From Octopus sinensis (lineage: Eukaryota), in assembly GCF_006345805.1 (NCBI RefSeq), contig NW_021824693.1, positions 1 to 36,453 of the forward strand: a stretch of 36,453 nt of DNA, read 5' to 3'. Shown here in pieces: positions 34,457 to 36,453 of the stretch. Below the pieces are notes generated by a model. It saw only the letters and a list, made by a program, of their open reading frames with translations, was not told where the DNA came from and did not search any database. Position numbers and translations under genes: made by a program. Within the stretch, counting starts at the first letter, position 1. Every line of letters starts with the position of its first letter.

Positions 34457-34659
34457 ACTAAGAAAATATTTTTTAAAGTACCCAGTTTATTTATGGTGAT
34501 CTCTACCGTTAAGCAGGGTTGTGCAACTAATATCGTCGTAGAACTGGTATTAAGTTTAAATTATAGATTAAATGTACTTCCTACCTTCATTAGATATTTC
34601 TCCCATTTCATATCTGCTGTTTCTCTCGCACTCTACTGAGTGGAGAGAGGCAGAAGAAG

Positions 34660-34871
34660 GAAGATAGTGGAAGTGGTGGTGGTGATGACGATGATAATGA
34701 TGATGATGAGGAGGAGGCGGAGGAGGAGGAGGTGGAAAGGGGATGAGGAAGAGGATGACAGCGGTGGTAATAGGAGGGTGGTAGTGATGGTAGTGGAAGT
34801 GGTGGTGGTGAAGGTGATAATGATGATGATGATAATGGCGTTTGTAAAGATGATGATAATGATGGTGATGG

Positions 34872-34905
<34 letters not shown>

Positions 34906-35000
34906 AATGATGCTGGTGGTGGTGGTGATGATGATGATGATGATCGTGATGATGATAGCGGCGGTGGTGGCGACGGTGGTGGCGGCGATGGTATTCACGG
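34660..35000. repeat. Compound (GAT)/(GGT)/(GAG) trinucleotide repeat
   Basis: Directly visible; explains the poly-H/poly-M/poly-I ORFs. Confidence 0.9.
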
Positions 35001-35639
35001 TAGTGGTACATCTACTTCTGAAGGCCATCAGTTAGTAAACATTGCAAATGTTTACACCCAAGGTTAGACAAGTGTTTAGCATTTTACCATCAACGTTATT
35101 CACACCTCAACACAAAGGACTTTGTAGTCGATGCATGACATTTCTACATACACACACACACACACCCCACAACACAACATACACATATACATATACAATC
35201 ATATAACCATACGTATGCGTGAACACTCAAGATTTACATGCTTATTGTATACACATTTTACTTCTTATTAGATTACTCGCAGCGTAACATCATTTCCTTT
35301 TGCTTTTCATCTCACCTGTTTGTCTTTTTATACTTTCCCGAGCACAAACAAAAAAAGTATATATTTATATATATATAATTAAAAAGATTATAATGGAAAA
35401 TAAGGTGAATATTCAAAAGAAATTTTTCTTTGGTTTCGTCTTTGTTTATGCAGTATCATAATTTCAAAGACGAAGTTCAGTTGCAATACTCGAAAGGTGA
35501 AATGGTTGTCATAGAATTATATTTCTTAATCTTCCATGTTTCTTTTTACCAAACTGAATATAGGTTGCTGAAGGATTGGCAATGATTTCACACACACACA
35601 CGCGCGCAGACCTGCGCGCTCGCACATACCCACACATAC

Positions 35640-35900
35640 ACACACGTACCTCCTTCTCTTGAACTTTCCTGTCTTTGAAAGAACTCTTTCTTCACCCATT
35701 CCCTTCCGGTCATGTATATCGTTGGCGATTTTCTTTCTCCGTCTTCCCTTCCTTGGACTTTTCCATTTTTCTATATTTCAGACGAAAAGCTCCGAAACTA
35801 TAAATCCTCCTTCTTTCTTTCCTTTCTGAGCGTCCAATAACACTATACTTGTTCCACGTCCTCGCGTTGTTGTGTTTTCTCTTTGTTCATATCTGGATTA
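35640..35900 (+). mobile_element. Family G element ending at (TA)n
   Basis: Shares CTGAGCGTCCAATAACACTATACTTGTTCCACGTCCTCGCGTTG with 36410-36453; decayed motif ATTT-CAGACGA..GAAAC at 35774-35805. Confidence 0.8.
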
Positions 35901-36299
35901 ACTATATATATATATATACACGTGAGCAAACAAGCACACAAGCACACACACTCACACACACACATACACACACACAAAATTACACATGTATACACACACA
36001 TGTTTATGCATATATGTCTATTTTTAAGCAAGAATATTGTTGACAATGGCTTCGAAGTTTTGATTAGTTAAACCATCATCCGACTGCGATGCATTTGAGT
36101 TAATCTGGGCTTTAGTCCGATGATAGAGTAACTGTCCGAAGCTTCGAAGTTACTGTCGGCAATATTAGTTGTTTTAAAATAAACTTGTTTCCTAATATAG
36201 TATGGAGTAGTTCCTTAGGTTAATGTAAAATTGCTCATATTATAAGTAAACAAAAAACATTAACGTGTATGATGTATATACATACATACATACATACAT

Positions 36300-36453
36300 A
36301 CCGTGTGTACCGTTGGCGATTTTTTTTCCTCTGTCTTCCCTTCTCTGGATCTTTCCTTCTATATTTCCGACGAAGAGCTCCGCTTGAAACGTTAAACTCT
36401 CCTTCTTCCTGAGCGTCCAATAACACTATACTTGTTCCACGTCCTCGCGTTGT
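36300..36453 (+). mobile_element. Family G element (runs off the window edge)
   Basis: ATTT-CCGACGA-A-GAGC-tcc-GCTT-GAAAC-GTT-AAAC at 36363-36397. Confidence 0.8.

Noticed and set aside
923-36426. Many ORFs rich in YI/CV/HT/MYVC or poly-M/H/I
   Set aside because: They are translations of di-, tri- and tetranucleotide microsatellites, with no domain signal.

Overview
AT-rich, repeat-saturated eukaryotic DNA. The mix of (TA)n/(CA)n/(CATA)n/(GAT)n microsatellites, tRNA-derived SINEs and RTE, CR1-like and Penelope relics resembles an octopus (coleoid cephalopod) genome; the taxon is my inference. No intact protein-coding gene can be supported, and nearly all listed ORFs are microsatellite or transposon-decay artefacts. 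Supported content: RTE-clade LINE relics (~420-850, 13380-14760, 22815-23060), a Penelope-like element (PLE) relic with RT and GIY-YIG remnants (~11280-12340), a CR1/L2-type LINE 3' end (24660-25000), a 5'-truncated Tc1-like transposase with DD36E spacing (20665-21540), a CAGTG-ended MITE, and about 20 SINE copies or fragments from several modular families. The most interesting signal is about ten minimal type-I hammerhead-ribozyme-like folds in several short repeat families, most ending at (TA)n tracts and one carrying a tRNA-like Pol III head. This points to a set of non-autonomous, possibly PLE-mobilised ribozyme elements. No copy in this window has a fully canonical core, so activity is unproven. 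Also seen: a SINE tail shared with the CR1-like LINE, nested insertions with readable target-site duplications, and a 66-bp near-perfect palindrome. Repeat boundaries were read by eye and are approximate.
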